From NCBI GenBank assembly GCA_951406725.2, contig OX597825.1, positions 58,590,001 to 58,654,000 of the forward strand: a stretch of 64,000 bases of DNA. Direction: 5' to 3'. Position 1 is the first letter of the stretch, and the number at the start of each line of letters is the position of its first letter. Position numbers and translations under genes: made by a program. This DNA is from Octopus vulgaris. Taxonomy: Eukaryota. Shown piece by piece: positions 1 to 13,372 of the stretch. The notes beneath the pieces were generated by a model, which did not search any database, was not told the DNA's origin, and was given only the letters and a program-made list of their open reading frames with translations.

Positions 1-317
1 AAGCTTTCTTGCTGATCACTTCTTGGTGAGAGCAGTCACCCTCCTTGTAGTCTAGTCCCACTTCCTTTTCATTTTGAGAGCTAGCCCTGTCCTGATCCCA
101 AGCATTTTAACAGCTCCGTTGATACAGAAACCCATGACACTGATTGGTGGGGTCTTGACTGGGGTAATGTGTGCTTCTATTACCCTTTCACAGTCTTTCA
201 GTGTGGTGCCAACTCCTTGAATTTTGGTGCTGTTTGACAACATCAGGGTGGCCGTGTACACATAGGAAGGCCCTATATAGCTACACTTACCTTTTCCAGT
301 ATACTAATTAGTGTACT

Positions 318-612
318 GGAGGCACATGGCCTAGTCATTAGATCAGCGGATTCACGGTCGAGGGCTCGCAGGTTCGAATCTTAGACCAGGCAATGTGTGT
401 GTTTATGAGTGAAATACCTAAGCTCCATGCGGCTCCAGCAGAAGGTAATGGCAAACTTCTGCTGACTCTTTTGCCACAACTTTCTCTCACTCTTTCCTCC
501 TGCATCTTGCAGCTCACCTATGACAGACCAGCGTCCCATCCAGGTGGGGAACCTATACACCAAAGAAACTGGCCCTTATGAGCCAGGCGTGGCTCGAGAA
601 GGAACAAGCAAC
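318..612 (+). mobile_element. tRNA-derived SINE, family D head with variant tail
   Basis: Pol III-like head (ggcacatggcctagtcattaga...ggttcgaatc) followed by a body resembling the copies at 18443-18685 and 26827-27130. Boundaries approximate. Confidence 0.6.
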
Positions 613-1879
613 AATTAGTGTACTAACTTATTATATATGAGTGGCTGAAGGGTACTCCTTACATCCTACATTCTACTCCATACTTCCCATCTCCTGTAGG
701 CTACTCCTTACTCCTTTTAACAAAACACTTCATTTAGAGTTCTTGTGAATTTCAAGATAATTTCTTAAAATAGTTATTAGTTTTCTTTGTTACATATAGT
801 GTGTATGTATGTATACATGTATGCATCTCTGTATATGTATGTATATGAATATATGTGTATGTGTGTGTGTATGTATGTATATATGTATATATATATATAT
901 GCATATACACACACACATACGTGTGCATGCTTTATGTGAATATAGTTAGTGTTGAAATAGGAGAAGAGACAATACAATATTTCTTTAATTACATCTGATC
1001 TATAATTAGTCAGCAAAAACATAATTATGAAAAAAAATCTCACAAAGACTGACTATCTAGCTGTTTTTAATTGTTTTTATTGATTTTCTTGGTGATAATT
1101 TCATATAAAACTGAAATTCTATATGCACACTTTCACAAATACATATACACACATACACATGCACACACATGCATACACACATATATCCTACACATACATA
1201 TCATACATACATATATGGCATACAAAAGCACTTGCACAAACACACACATGTGATGAAGTAGTTGGTGATACTCAGATTTTCTCATCACGTGCATTCAACC
1301 TCGATGCTGTCTGATTGAATGCACATGACATGAATCTCTTGAGGAGCAATATAATTGAACAGCAATTTCCTCCTTAATTACGATAAACTCTACAGCCGTT
1401 GTTGAGCATTACCACTCATTTGTAAACAAAAACATATATAAATACACACCAGTACACCTATTTGTCTTGCCATCCTTCCATCCATTCATCTATCTACCAG
1501 TCTAATCATGTCTCTCAGTCTATCTTTCTCTCTCTCTCTGGTCATCTCTCTATTTTCCTATCTAGCCATCCATCCATCCATTCATCATCCATCCGCTGTC
1601 TATCTATTTGTCTGTCTGTCTATCCATCCATACATCTGTCTGTCCATCTCTATAGGTATCTGTCTATATACATATATATGTATGCATGTGTTTGTGTGTG
1701 TGTGTCTGTGTGTGAGTGTAAGTGTGTGTGTTTATATATATTTATATACACACACACACACATTCATATATGTAAGTTTGTATACCTATATACATATATA
1801 TATATACAAACTTACATATATGAATATGTGTGTGTGTATATATATGTATATATAATATCTATATATATATATATATAAA

Positions 1880-2260
1880 TTCGATGACTTCCATCCGTGT
1901 TAGTGGAGTGCTAAGAACACCATCCAAGCGTGATCGTTACCAACGTCACCTTACTGGCACGTGAAAAAACATTTGAGTGAGGTTGTTGCCGGTGCCACTT
2001 GACTGGCTCCTGTGCAGGCGGCATGTAAAATCCACCATTTGAGCATGACCATTGCCAGTACCACCTGACTGGCCCTTGTGCCGGTGGCATGTAAAAGCAA
2101 CCACTACACTCTCAGGGTTGTTGGCATTAGGAAGGGTATCCAGCTGTAGAAACTATGCCAAATCAGATAAGACCCTGGTGCAGCCGTCTGGTTCGCCAAC
2201 TCTGTCAAATTGTCCAACCCATGCTAGCATGGAAAGCAGACATTAAACGATGATGATGAT
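1880..2260 (+). mobile_element. SINE family C (ggaagggcatccagctgtagaaac core, (GAT)n tail)
   Basis: Shares its body with 15228-15728 and ends in ttaaacgatgatgatgat. Confidence 0.75.
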
Positions 2261-2933
2261 ATATATACATATACATACATACACATATATGAATGCATGT
2301 GTGTGTGTGCACAATGTACTGTCTTGTTCTGGGTGGGAATCAACAAATAAAAGCAATAAAAAGAGTATTCCAGCCAGTGAGAGATAAATATCATTTAACA
2401 TACATGTTTGTTTAAACTCCATCCACTTCTTGGTTTGATTATCGCTTTTATAAAAACAACAACAACAAAAAAAAAACAATAAAGCTTAGTAGTTCTAACT
2501 GTTTTATTTGTCATAACTGTGAAGAAATCAGTCTATAACAGAATGAAGTGGTAATTGCAGAATTGCCCTGGAAAGAAAGGAAAATATAATCTTATTAATA
2601 TTATTATCTGAGTGGCACTAAATAGGAAGTCTGTTCTACCAAGTTACTAATTGCTTAAATAAGCAAATTTTGTTCTATCTACTCTGATATGATCAACATT
2701 TTCTATCATCAAATTTCATATTGGTGGTTGTGTAAGTGCTGGCGCCTTCTTAATTGATCAAATTCTTCCAGTTCTTCAGCAGCTCATTAGAATTTGTTGC
2801 CATTTTCAATGATATGGAATGATGATAATATTGATTAATTTCTTCTTATGCTGTGTTAGAAAGGCTCACATTTTCCATATGAACTGTATATGTGTGTGTG
2901 TGTATGTGTGTGTGTGTGCGTGCGTGTGTGTGC

Positions 2934-2982
<49 letters not shown>

Positions 2983-3012
2983 CATGTGTGTGTGTGCGCG
3001 CATGTGTGTGTA

Positions 3013-3872
3013 CAGGGTGCAATGGGTAAATTATCACCATTTTATATTTTTCATTTCGTGCATGCACATTGTTTTTGATTTTGTCAACTACACAGTATAG
3101 TAGGGTCAGTTGGGTACCATCTGTGAGAAAAACAGCACAATGATGCAATTCACTCTGCTAGTAATTTAGAAAAAACATGCTGTACTGCTTAGTATTCATG
3201 CTGGAAGCTCCAATACAAACTTTCCGGAATGTTTGGATGTAAATCTGAAGACAGTGCATGTACCAAGAGGGATAAAAATCAAACATCCAATCAACATCAT
3301 GGTCTTTGGAGTGATCACTATTGATAGCAATGTTATGCCTATGTTCATCTTCCCACACGGCCTCAGACTCAACACAGAGGCCTACATCAAGTGCCTGGAG
3401 GTGGTAGTGCTGCCCTGGGTGAAAAGGGTGGCTGCTGAAAGACCCTATGTTTAGCAACAGGACTCTGCACCATGCCACATAAACAGGAGAACCCAGACAT
3501 GACTGTCAGACAATTTCTACAACCACATCACCCCTACAATCTGGCCACCTAACTCCCCAAACTGCTATCCCCTTGATTATTATGTGTGGTGTGCAGTTGT
3601 GTGACAGACCAACAAAACTCCTTGTAACACCCAAAGATGAACTGAAGGCAAGGATTATGGCAGCATTCACAAACTCAAACAAGGAGACTATCCAGAAGAG
3701 TTGCAAAAGAGATTCCAAAGTCATCTGGAAGCTGTGGTTGAAGCCAATGGCAATGTTATTGAATAAATTTACTCTCTCGTATTTCAAGAAATTTTTATGT
3801 AATTTTAGTAAATATATGTCTTAAAATGAGATATCAGTGTTATTTTCATTTTTGTGTAATCACCACACCCTG
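3013..3872 (+). mobile_element. Internally deleted Tc1/mariner element (DD37D/maT-like) with degenerate transposase C-terminus
   Basis: TA-flanked ends CAGGGTG...CACCCTG. Interrupted translation KHPINIMVFGVIT...RPYV*QQDSAPCH...WPPNSPNCYPLDYYVW...KDELKARI matches DDD transposase motifs. Confidence 0.85.
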
Positions 3873-4331
3873 TATAAAGTCGTTTAAATCATCGCTCATG
3901 TCTATATGAGTTTTCATTGAACTTGAAAAAGAGATGAATGGTTAAATCTTATACCATGTTTGATGGTGTTCAGGAAGGATTCCTTCATTGTTTTATTCTT
4001 TTACTTGTTTCAGTCATTTGACTGTGGCCATGCTGGAGCACCACCTTGAAGGGTTTTGGTTGAACAACTCAACCCCAGGAATTATTGGTCTTATTTGCTG
4101 AACCATTAATTTACGAGGATGTAAACACACCAACACTGAGTGTCAAGTGGTGAGGGGGAGACACACAGACACAAAGACTAACACATACACACACACAGAC
4201 ACATATGTGATAAAACAAATGGTTTATACCTGGTAGCTTTACTGGTAGAACACAGTCACTTTCACAGTGTTCATTATGTATATGGTAAATGAAAGACGGA
4301 AGATGGAATATATGAGAATTTTAATTATTAA

Positions 4332-4435
4332 TCACAACAATTGTTTTGACACATCTAGCATCAATCCCTCAAGGGTGGGACATTTAACAACTGGTTCATG
4401 AATATCCAACGGTGCAGATGTGTCTCGTCAGGTGA
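4332..4435 (-). ncRNA. Degenerate Penelope-type type I hammerhead ribozyme motif
   Basis: Minus strand reads tcac-CTGACGA-gacacatct...agatgtgtc-AAAA-caattg-TT-gtga. Helices I, II and III are present but core G12 is changed to A. Confidence 0.6.
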
Positions 4436-6249
4436 AAAATAGATGCAAACTCATTAAAATAACAGTTCCGCAATGTATCTTCTCATTTTGTAAAAAGAAA
4501 AACAGCAAAATGAAGAAAATATATTCATTTATATAGATGATCAAAAATAAAATCATTGATGCCAAAAAAGAAACAAACACACAATACAGCGAGAAAAGTA
4601 TTAAAAACAACTGTTAACAGACACTCTTGTGTCCCTGGCGATGGGCTTGACTCACTTGATGGCTTGGGATAAAAATTGGCCCTTTCTCATCTTGTATGAG
4701 GAAGACCAAATGTATTTATGCACTACCTGCCTGAGAAGAAATTCAGACACTCCTGTGTCTCTGGCGATGGGTTTGATTCACTTGGAGGGATCGTTGTCAA
4801 TCATAGCCTGGATTGGAAGCAAAGGACACCATTTGCATGATGGTGGAATTCGTTTACAAGTATTATGTAAAATCAAGGCCAGGAGACTGTAATACATACA
4901 TATACATATATATATGCATACACACACACACACACATGCACATATACATACAGACACACATACATACATACATACATACATTCATTCATTCATTGGACTA
5001 ATTAGTGTGTTGAGTAAAGCACATTCACAGTTTGTCATCCACAATTGGGATATAGTTTCTCTGGCTCTATGTCAGGAATTCTGAAGTGTTAGTTGAGATA
5101 ATAATATGTATGTGTGTGTGTATGATTTCTTTCAGTTTCCATTTACCAGATCCACTCACATGGCTTTGATTGGCCTGGGGCTTAATTAGAAGATACACTT
5201 GCCCAACGTGGGACTGAATCCAAGACTAAGTGGTCGGGAAGTAAACTTATATTACCACACAGCCACACCTGTACCTGACAAATATTTATGGAGTAACTGT
5301 AGAATATCTTATCAACAAAATGGAAGCAGATGAAATAAATGTACAAGTCACTATAATAGAATATTTGATTCATAAGGTTGGCTTACCAAATAACTGGAAA
5401 TTCACGATTTTGTCAATGTATTGCAGGGAATTTCTTTATAACAATGAAGAACTGGCTGACAATTTGTTTCAGTATCTTCATGGTTGTGAATTCCAGGATT
5501 GGGAGAAAATATCTAATATGGGTATTTGGCGATGATAATGCATCTAGTTTTTGAGGGGTTTTTTTTTTTACTATGGTGTTTTATGTTTAAGTTGGCTGCT
5601 AAAAATGCCATCTTAGATGTGCTTACATTGGCATCAATAGGAATTATATTCTCATCTGTCTTAATTTTCCCAAGAATAATCTGGAAATCTATGAAGCAAA
5701 TGGTCCACAACTTATATGTTCTCTTCAGTAGCCATGTAATTTTATTGAGAACATTAAAATGTTATTATACCTCAGCAAATGTTGAAAACTTTGACACAAC
5801 AAAAGTTTTGACACAACAAAAGGAATATAAAGCTACATATATAATTTTCAGCTTGAAACAGAAATAAAATAATGATAACCTGAATCATTTTCAATTTGAA
5901 AAGCATTCAGGCATAAATGAAGGCAAATATTGTGTGAAAATAAAAACTAAAGAATGAATACTTTAAAAGAATTTTTAAAATTGCTTTTTGAAAACATTAT
6001 TTAAACATTATTGGAATCATTACTGCATCTACAGAGTCAGCTATATGATTTATAGTACCTACCAAAGAATTGGTTAAAGTTTGATATGAAGATAACAAGC
6101 TATATTTTGCCTTGGTACAATGTAGCCCTGAGTAAAGTTGGGCAGGAAAAGCAGCACCAATTCGTTTACGGAGACAAGTCATTACATGATGAACACTGAG
6201 AAAAACAACCAGGAATTTATATTATATCCTACTACAACATCCTTCTCGT

Positions 6250-7385
6250 CGTCATCATCATTTAGCATCCATTTCCATGCTGACATGGGTTGGATGGTTT
6301 GACAGAAGCTGGCCAGACAGAGTGCTACACCAGGCTCCAGTTGTCTGTTCTGGCATGGTTTCTATGGTTGGATGCCTTTCCTAATGCCAACAACTTCACA
6401 CAGTGTAATGGGTGCTACCAGTGGTACCAGCACCAGTGTTATTACATGACACCAACACAGGTGCTTTATATGTGATACTGGCACAGGTGCCTTTTTTGTG
6501 GCACCAACATGGATGCTCTTTGTGTGGCACCGACATGGGTACTCTTTATGTGACACTAGCATGGGTGCTTTTCATGTGGCACTGGCACTAATAATAATCA
6601 TTCTAAATTTTGGCTGAAGACTTGAAATTTTCAAAGGTGATGTGTTAATTAAAACCATTGGTCCCAGTTCTTTCCACCTGGAAAATTAAAAGGCAAAATT
6701 GACCTCAGTGGTGTTTGAACCCAGATCATAAAAAGCTGAAACAAAGACAGCAAGACATTCTTTCTGCACTCTAATGATTCTGTCAGCTCACTACCTAGTG
6801 ATGATGATAATAATGATAGTAATTCTTTATATTATTGGCACATGGACCCAAATTTGAGGGAAGGGGGCTAGTCGATTGCATCAGTCCCAATGATCCCCTG
6901 GTACTTATTTTATCAAGAAGAGGGGTAAAGTTGACCTTGGCAGAATCTGATGGATGAAATGCCACTAAGCATTTTGTCTGGCATGCTAATGATTCTGCCA
7001 ACTCCCAACAACAACAATAATAATAATCCTTTCTTCTATAGGCAGAGGGCCTGAAATTTGGGAGGAGGTGGGATAGTTGATCACATCAACCCCACTACTT
7101 GACTGGTACTTAATTTATCAACCCCGAAAGGATGAAAGGTGAAACCAATCTCAGCAGGATTTGAACTCAGAATGTAAAGGTAGACGAAATGCCTCAAAGC
7201 ATTTTGCCCAGCACAGTAACGATTCTGCTTTCCATACTGGCATAGGTTAGACAGTTTCACTGGAACTGGTAAGCCAGAGAGCTATACCAAGTTCCAGTCT
7301 AATTTAGCTTGGTTTCTACAGCTGAACACCCTTCCTAATGCCAACCACTCCAAAAGTGTAGTGGGTGCCTTTTATGTTCACCAAT
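6250..7385 (-). mobile_element. Cluster of decayed SINEs (families C and B)
   Basis: Reverse-complement matches to the family C core (ggatgcctttcctaatgccaac plus ~24-bp gtgctttttatgtggcacc repeats) and the family B core (gtacttaatttatcaaccccgaaaggatgaaagg). Confidence 0.7.
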
Positions 7386-7937
7386 ATGTAACTTAAAAAT
7401 TTATTTCTATTTTATTGACTGTCACAGTCTACAAGATGTTTTTGCATTATATATATGTAATATATGTATTATATAAAGAGTAAAGGGTAAAAACCTCCTT
7501 CAGTCATGAATGACCATTGGATTGCACTTAGATGGTTCCCCTTGGGTTGTTTATGGAAGACCAGCACTCACCCATGCATACCAGCTTCCCATCTCCACAC
7601 CCCCAATGTGATCGAAGGGAGAGGCAAAGACTGATAGAGCTTGGCACCAGTGATGTTGCAACTCATTTCTACAGATGAATGAACTGGAGCAATGTGAAAT
7701 AAAGTGTCTTGCTCAAGAACACAACACATAACCCAGTCCAGGAATTGAATTTGCTACTTTGTTATTGTGAGCTTGATGCCTTAACCACTGAGCCATACCA
7801 TATATATGTATTATATATGTAATAATTTATATGTTATGCACTTTATTGTGTTTTGTTATGCTCATGATTCCATGGTCTTTGGAAAAATTGTCTTGCATGA
7901 AACTAGTCATGCTGCCAGAAAAGGTTGGGAACCGCTG
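7385..7937 (+). mobile_element. hAT-Charlie-like non-autonomous element interrupted by a family D SINE (7495-7798, minus)
   Basis: 3' end ggaaaaattgtcttgcatgaaactagtcatgctgccagaaaaggttgggaaccgctg. A homologous copy lies at 12755-13372. Left boundary uncertain. Confidence 0.6.
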
Positions 7938-8503
7938 CATTGGGACATTTGGTTTTTCTTTGCCTTTCATCATAGCTGAGAAATTAAGTACAGTAATACT
8001 CTGGAGTGATTCAATGGACAATAACAATTTCCGTAGTGAAATAATAAAGAGTGGATGCATGCAAGATCTGAAGAAATAAATAATTTGCATAACAATGGAG
8101 AACTGAGTTAAGAAGCAAATCAATTACATCGACATGGCAACTGAATTAGAATCGAATCTTTATTGCACGGAAGGAGAAAAGAAAAAAAAAAAAAATTCTA
8201 GTCATTGTGTTTGTAATCGGTGCAGCAACAATGGTATCATAATCACTTCTGTAAAGACAACAACAGCAGCATCAAGATTCTACTAATGAATATAAGCCTA
8301 AGAAATTTCTTGACACATTCGAATAAGATGATTTGTAAATATCTAGTCTAACCTTGAACTTTTATAATACGTTATTCAACATAGAGCTGGAATTTTTTTC
8401 TAGATCTGGTGATATAACAAAGGAAAATATTGATATGTTCCTTATTCTTCATTACAACAATACCACCGCCTTCACCATTTATGATAATAACAACAATAAA
8501 AAT

Positions 8504-8606
8504 TAATAATAATAACAATAATAACAATAATAATAATAATAATAACAATAATAATAATAATAATAATAATAACAATAATAACAACAACAACAACAACAAC
8601 AACAAC

Positions 8607-8656
<50 letters not shown>

Positions 8657-8813
8657 TAATAATAATAATAACAACAACAACAACAACAATAATAATAATA
8701 GTAATGATGATGATAATGATAATAATAATAATTATAATAATAATGATAATGATAATAATAATAATAATGATGATAATGATAATAATAATAGTAATAATGA
8801 TAATGATGATGAT
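8504..8813. repeat. Compound (AAT)n/(AAC)n/(GAT)n microsatellite
   Basis: Directly visible trinucleotide array; source of the poly-N and poly-L ORFs. Confidence 0.95.
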
Positions 8814-9486
8814 TGCAAGAAAATTTGTGTAAGATGATATCTTTTATAAGTTACATATTTTCTTCTTCTTTATGAGAGAGACTAAATATATTTTGCAGTT
8901 TTACATTCTTACATTAAGTAAAAAGTTCTAAAGGATGCCATTTTGATATTTCCTGCTAGTCTTCCAGAAGAGAAACTAGGAAATGGAGATGGAAGCCTTC
9001 AGACTAAGTGTGTTTTATCTTAAATTTCGCAACATCAAACTACTTATTGACTTATTCAAAGAAATTTAACGTGTTCTTTCTTTGAAATGGGTCAGACATC
9101 TTCGAACTATAATGTGCTGCAATTATACACTGATGTTACATTCAAATAATATCAACTCAATGTATACACACACAATGAATATACATTCTCTCTTTCGTTT
9201 TTATTCTGTTTTCTTTCTCTGCACACACATGCACACATACACACACACATACAAAAACATGCACACATATGCACACATAAACACACACACACACATACAC
9301 ATATGCAAACACACATGTATGTAGTGAGTTTCTTGATAAATTTGCTGAAATATGCAAATATGTATACACCATAATGAATTTATTAACCATGCGCTTATAT
9401 GTGTATACATACAGATGAGTACACAAACACAACACACACACATAATTATATATGTATGCACAGATATATACTTACATATCTATCTC

Positions 9487-9520
<34 letters not shown>

Positions 9521-9741
9521 CACACACACACACATATATAAATATATATGTACACATACCATGTATATGAAAAAAGGGACAGGGACAAAGATAGATTTAG
9601 AGTGAGAGTGAGTGTGTGTATGAGAAAGAGAGTGAGAGAGGGAAAGAGTGAGAGAGAGAGAGAAGGTAAAGGGCATGACGGTGTGATTAGACATTTTAAG
9701 TAAGGCATACATATATGTATACACATATAGGTGAAGAATAA

Positions 9742-10006
9742 ATAATAACAGATGGATTGTGGTTCACTACAGCTGTTTCAGGTGTGTTTTTTATTGATGA
9801 ACAGTAGTGTTACATCATACAAATAAAAACATTTTCATTGAGTGAATGCAGGTAAGAATCAGCATATAGAACTTTTCAGGAAGAAGTATATAGTACCAAA
9901 TGACTTCATCGACCCAAATTCGATCTGATGTAATACTTCTGTTCATCAATAAAAAAACACATTCGAACAGCTGTAGTAAATCAGAATCTCCATCTGTTGT
10001 TATTAC
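9742..10006. repeat. Inverted-repeat (palindromic) element, probably Penelope-derived
   Basis: ~75-bp imperfect arms at 9742-9817 and 9927-10006, each carrying a GAAACAGCTGTA-like hammerhead 3' half. Confidence 0.7.
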
Positions 10007-10021
10007 TGAATGATTATAAGT

Positions 10022-10130
10022 GCTGGAGTGGCTGTGTAGTAAGTAGCTTGCTTACCAACCACATGGTTCCGGGTTCAGTCCCACTGAGTGGATTTGGTAG
10101 ACGGAAACTGAAAGAAGCCTGTCATATATA

Positions 10131-10175
<45 letters not shown>

Positions 10176-10359
10176 CTGTGTTTGTCCTCCCAACATTGCT
10201 TGACAACTGATGCTGGTGTATGTACGTCCCCGTAACTTAGCGGTTCGGCAAAAGAGACCGATAGAATAAGTACTAGACTTACAAAGAATAAGTCCTGGCT
10301 AGACTAAAGGCAGTGCTCCAGCATGGCCGCAGTCAAATAACTGTAACAAGTAAAAGAGA
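10022..10359 (+). mobile_element. SINE family A (tRNA-like head, CORE-like caccttgggcaagtgtctt body, internal microsatellite)
   Basis: ggagtggctgtgtagtaagtagcttgc...ggttcagtccc head and gctccagcatggccgcagtc...aagtaaaagag tail, shared with many copies in the window. Confidence 0.85.
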
Positions 10360-10681
10360 TCACCTAATGCAGAACTTTCAATTCACTTGGATCTGGAATC
10401 TATAGATGATGGTGCAGTGACTTTGATGGCACAGGTATTCAGTTAACCACTTGTGAATGTATGTATAACTGGAGGAACAAATCCATGTTTACTTTAGTGA
10501 GTATGTATTTGTCGTTATACATCATTTTTACACAGTTGTACTACCACCAACCCTAACTTGGTGCTTTCACTATTTAAATATCTGGTTCTCTCAAATTCTG
10601 GAAATTTTAGCACGGTAACAGTGTTGGAAAATGAAGTTAGCACTGCCACATATACAACTAAATCTAATAAATGCTCATGTA

Positions 10682-10748
<67 letters not shown>

Positions 10749-11329
10749 ATATATATATATATATATAGCTTTCATTTCTAGCAATGTAAGTGTCTTGATG
10801 CCCTTAGTCATGTTTAGTTGATGACTATAATTCTCATTTACAGTTTAACATTGCAACCAGCTTTTTTTATCAATTTTTGTATAAACAACCAGAACCACAC
10901 AAATAGCCTAGGAGTGAAATTTAGGATTTCTCGATTTTCTATAAATCAAGTTTGATAAAATTTTCCCCAGCTGGTTTGCACACTATGTCATCACCATTGT
11001 TATGTTTTCATTATTCTTATTTCAGATTCTTCAGTTTTTGGGTGAACCATGCTAATAGCTTTTGAATGAAAATAGCCCATCTAGACTTTTTTTTTTCAGA
11101 AAATGAAGGGTAATGATACATATTAAGCATGCATTGAGTATATATTCAACAGAAAACCATAATAATATCATAATATTTATTGATATAATGAATTATTTAG
11201 CCACATGAGTGCCAAGGAAAAAATGATCCAGTTATGGGACCTTGAAGACTGTGACAGCTAAGAATTTAAGGCCACAAGGTACATGGAAAACCTGGACAAA
11301 CAAGCAAAGCCTTTTTGACCACCTCCAGA

Positions 11330-11944
11330 CTTCCTCATGTACCAAAAGCAACCAGAAATTGCATTCGATAGGGTTGAAATCCTGAGATACTAGTGACCAC
11401 ATCATCAACCTTTTACCTTGTACACCATAAGAAATTGTCTGACAGCTCTGATTGGGTTCTCCTGCTTGTGTTGCATGGTGCAGAATCCTGTTGCTGGACA
11501 TAAAGTCTTCCAGCAGCCGCCCTCTTGATCCCGGGCAGTACTACCTCCTCCAGGCACTTGATGTGGCCTCTGTGTTGAGTCTGAGGCCGTGCAGGAAGAT
11601 GAAAGGAGGCATAATGTCACCATCACTGGTGATCACTCCAAACACCATGATGTTGACTGGATGTTTGATTTTTATAACTCTCGATAAATGTTCATATTTG
11701 AGCTTCCAGCTCTTTGTATTGGAGCTTCCAGTGTGAATACCAAGCAGTACACCATGTCACTTCCAAATTTCTGGCAGAGTGTTGTTTTTCTCACAGATGG
11801 TGCCCAACTGACCCTACTATACTGTGTAGTTGACAAAATCAAAAACAAACAATGTGTATGTGTGAAATCAAAAATCAAAACCAAACAATGTGTATGTGTG
11901 AAATTAAAAATATAACATGGAGACAATTTACTCATCGCACCCTG
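11330..11944 (-). mobile_element. Second copy of the DD37D Tc1/mariner deletion derivative
   Basis: Reverse-complement match to 3013-3500, including the terminus caccctgta and the QQDSAPCN motif (tggtgcagaatcctgttgctg). Confidence 0.8.
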
Positions 11945-12010
<66 letters not shown>

Positions 12011-12754
12011 TAGATATATATTGGTTTTTTTGCCAACCTAAAGTATCTCATGATTTAAATTTCCCCTTTTTAGGTGGCAGTGACATAGTTGAATGAATTT
12101 GACTCTGTCAATTCTCAGTATATTACCGGTGCAATTTTATCAGAGTTTCAGAGAGAAGAAAATTTAAGCCAACAGTAGTATTTGGGCCAAGACACAGCAC
12201 ACACTTGCTCATAAATAGGTGATAAAAGAAAATAAACATTAAATTTTAGAACATTAGATGTGGGTTGATGTGAATTGACACAGAGCTTTGAGGTTGACTG
12301 ATATGAATTTAACATGTTTATTCTTTTCTCAAATATTGTTCTGTAAGTGAAATGAAACTGAGCAAACCAGGAATTGAACGTGCGTTACAGGGTTGTTTTG
12401 CTATCACTTTATCGCCTACCTTTCTGCATTACATAATCAAAAACCACTATTTGAATCAATCAATCTTATAAGCCTTCAAAGATATCGTATTGTTAATGTT
12501 TTTCATTTAGCCTCATTTCATGTTTACACTTAATTTTTCGTTTAGTGAAACCTCCATGAAACAGTGATGGAATATTTACATCTTTCCGATATACTTCACA
12601 AATTGCCAAATTTATCAGTTTGGCAATCTGTGAAGACTATCAGAAAATCTAAATGGGTATGAAGCCAAATCATTTAGTTCCTCAAATCGTTCAGCTTACC
12701 TTGCCATATGTAAACAACCATAGTTGTTTGCTTGGAACAATTTTATACTCTAAA

Positions 12755-13372
12755 CCAGGGCTCTCAAATCACTGGGCCACACAAAAAGAATAGAGTTTAA
12801 AATTTTATTTGTTTTATTGACTATCACAGACTGCAGGATGTTTCCACATTATTTAGGTAATATTTATGTAATATATGTAAATTATATATTTAGTAAATTA
12901 TATAGGTGCAGGAGTGGCTGTGTAGTAAGTAGCTTGCTTACCAACCACATGGTTCCGGGTTCATTCCCACTGCATGGCACCTTGGCCAAGTGTCTTCTAC
13001 TATAGCCTCAGGCCAAACAAAGCCTTGTGAATGGATTTGGTTGATGGAAACTGAAAGAAGCCTGTCGTATATATGTACATATATATGTGTGTGTGTGTGT
13101 GTGTTTGTGTGTCTGTGTTTGTCCCCCCAACATCGCTTGACAACCGATGCTGGTGTGTTTACGTTCCCATAACTTAGTACTAGGCTTCCAAAGAATAAGT
13201 CGATTTGTTCGACTAAAAGGTGATGCTCCAGCATAGCAGCAGTCAAATAACTGAAACAAGTAAAAGACTATTATGCACTCTATTGTGATTTGTTATGCAT
13301 GTGATCATGCAGTCCATGGAAAAATTGTCTTGTTAAGAATTGGTCTACGGTGCAAAAAATGTTGGGGACTGT
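12755..13372 (+). mobile_element. hAT-Charlie-like element containing a nested family A SINE (12905-13268)
   Basis: Starts cagggctctcaaatcactgggcc and ends ggaaaaattgtcttg...aatgttggggactg. Body homologous to 7385-7937. Confidence 0.65.

Noticed and set aside
6420-6590. Regularly spaced ~24-bp repeats resembling a CRISPR array
   Set aside because: Eukaryotic context and no unique spacers; a degenerate minisatellite inside SINE family C.
8372-8837. Poly-Asn and poly-Leu ORFs
   Set aside because: Produced by the (AAT)n/(AAC)n array.
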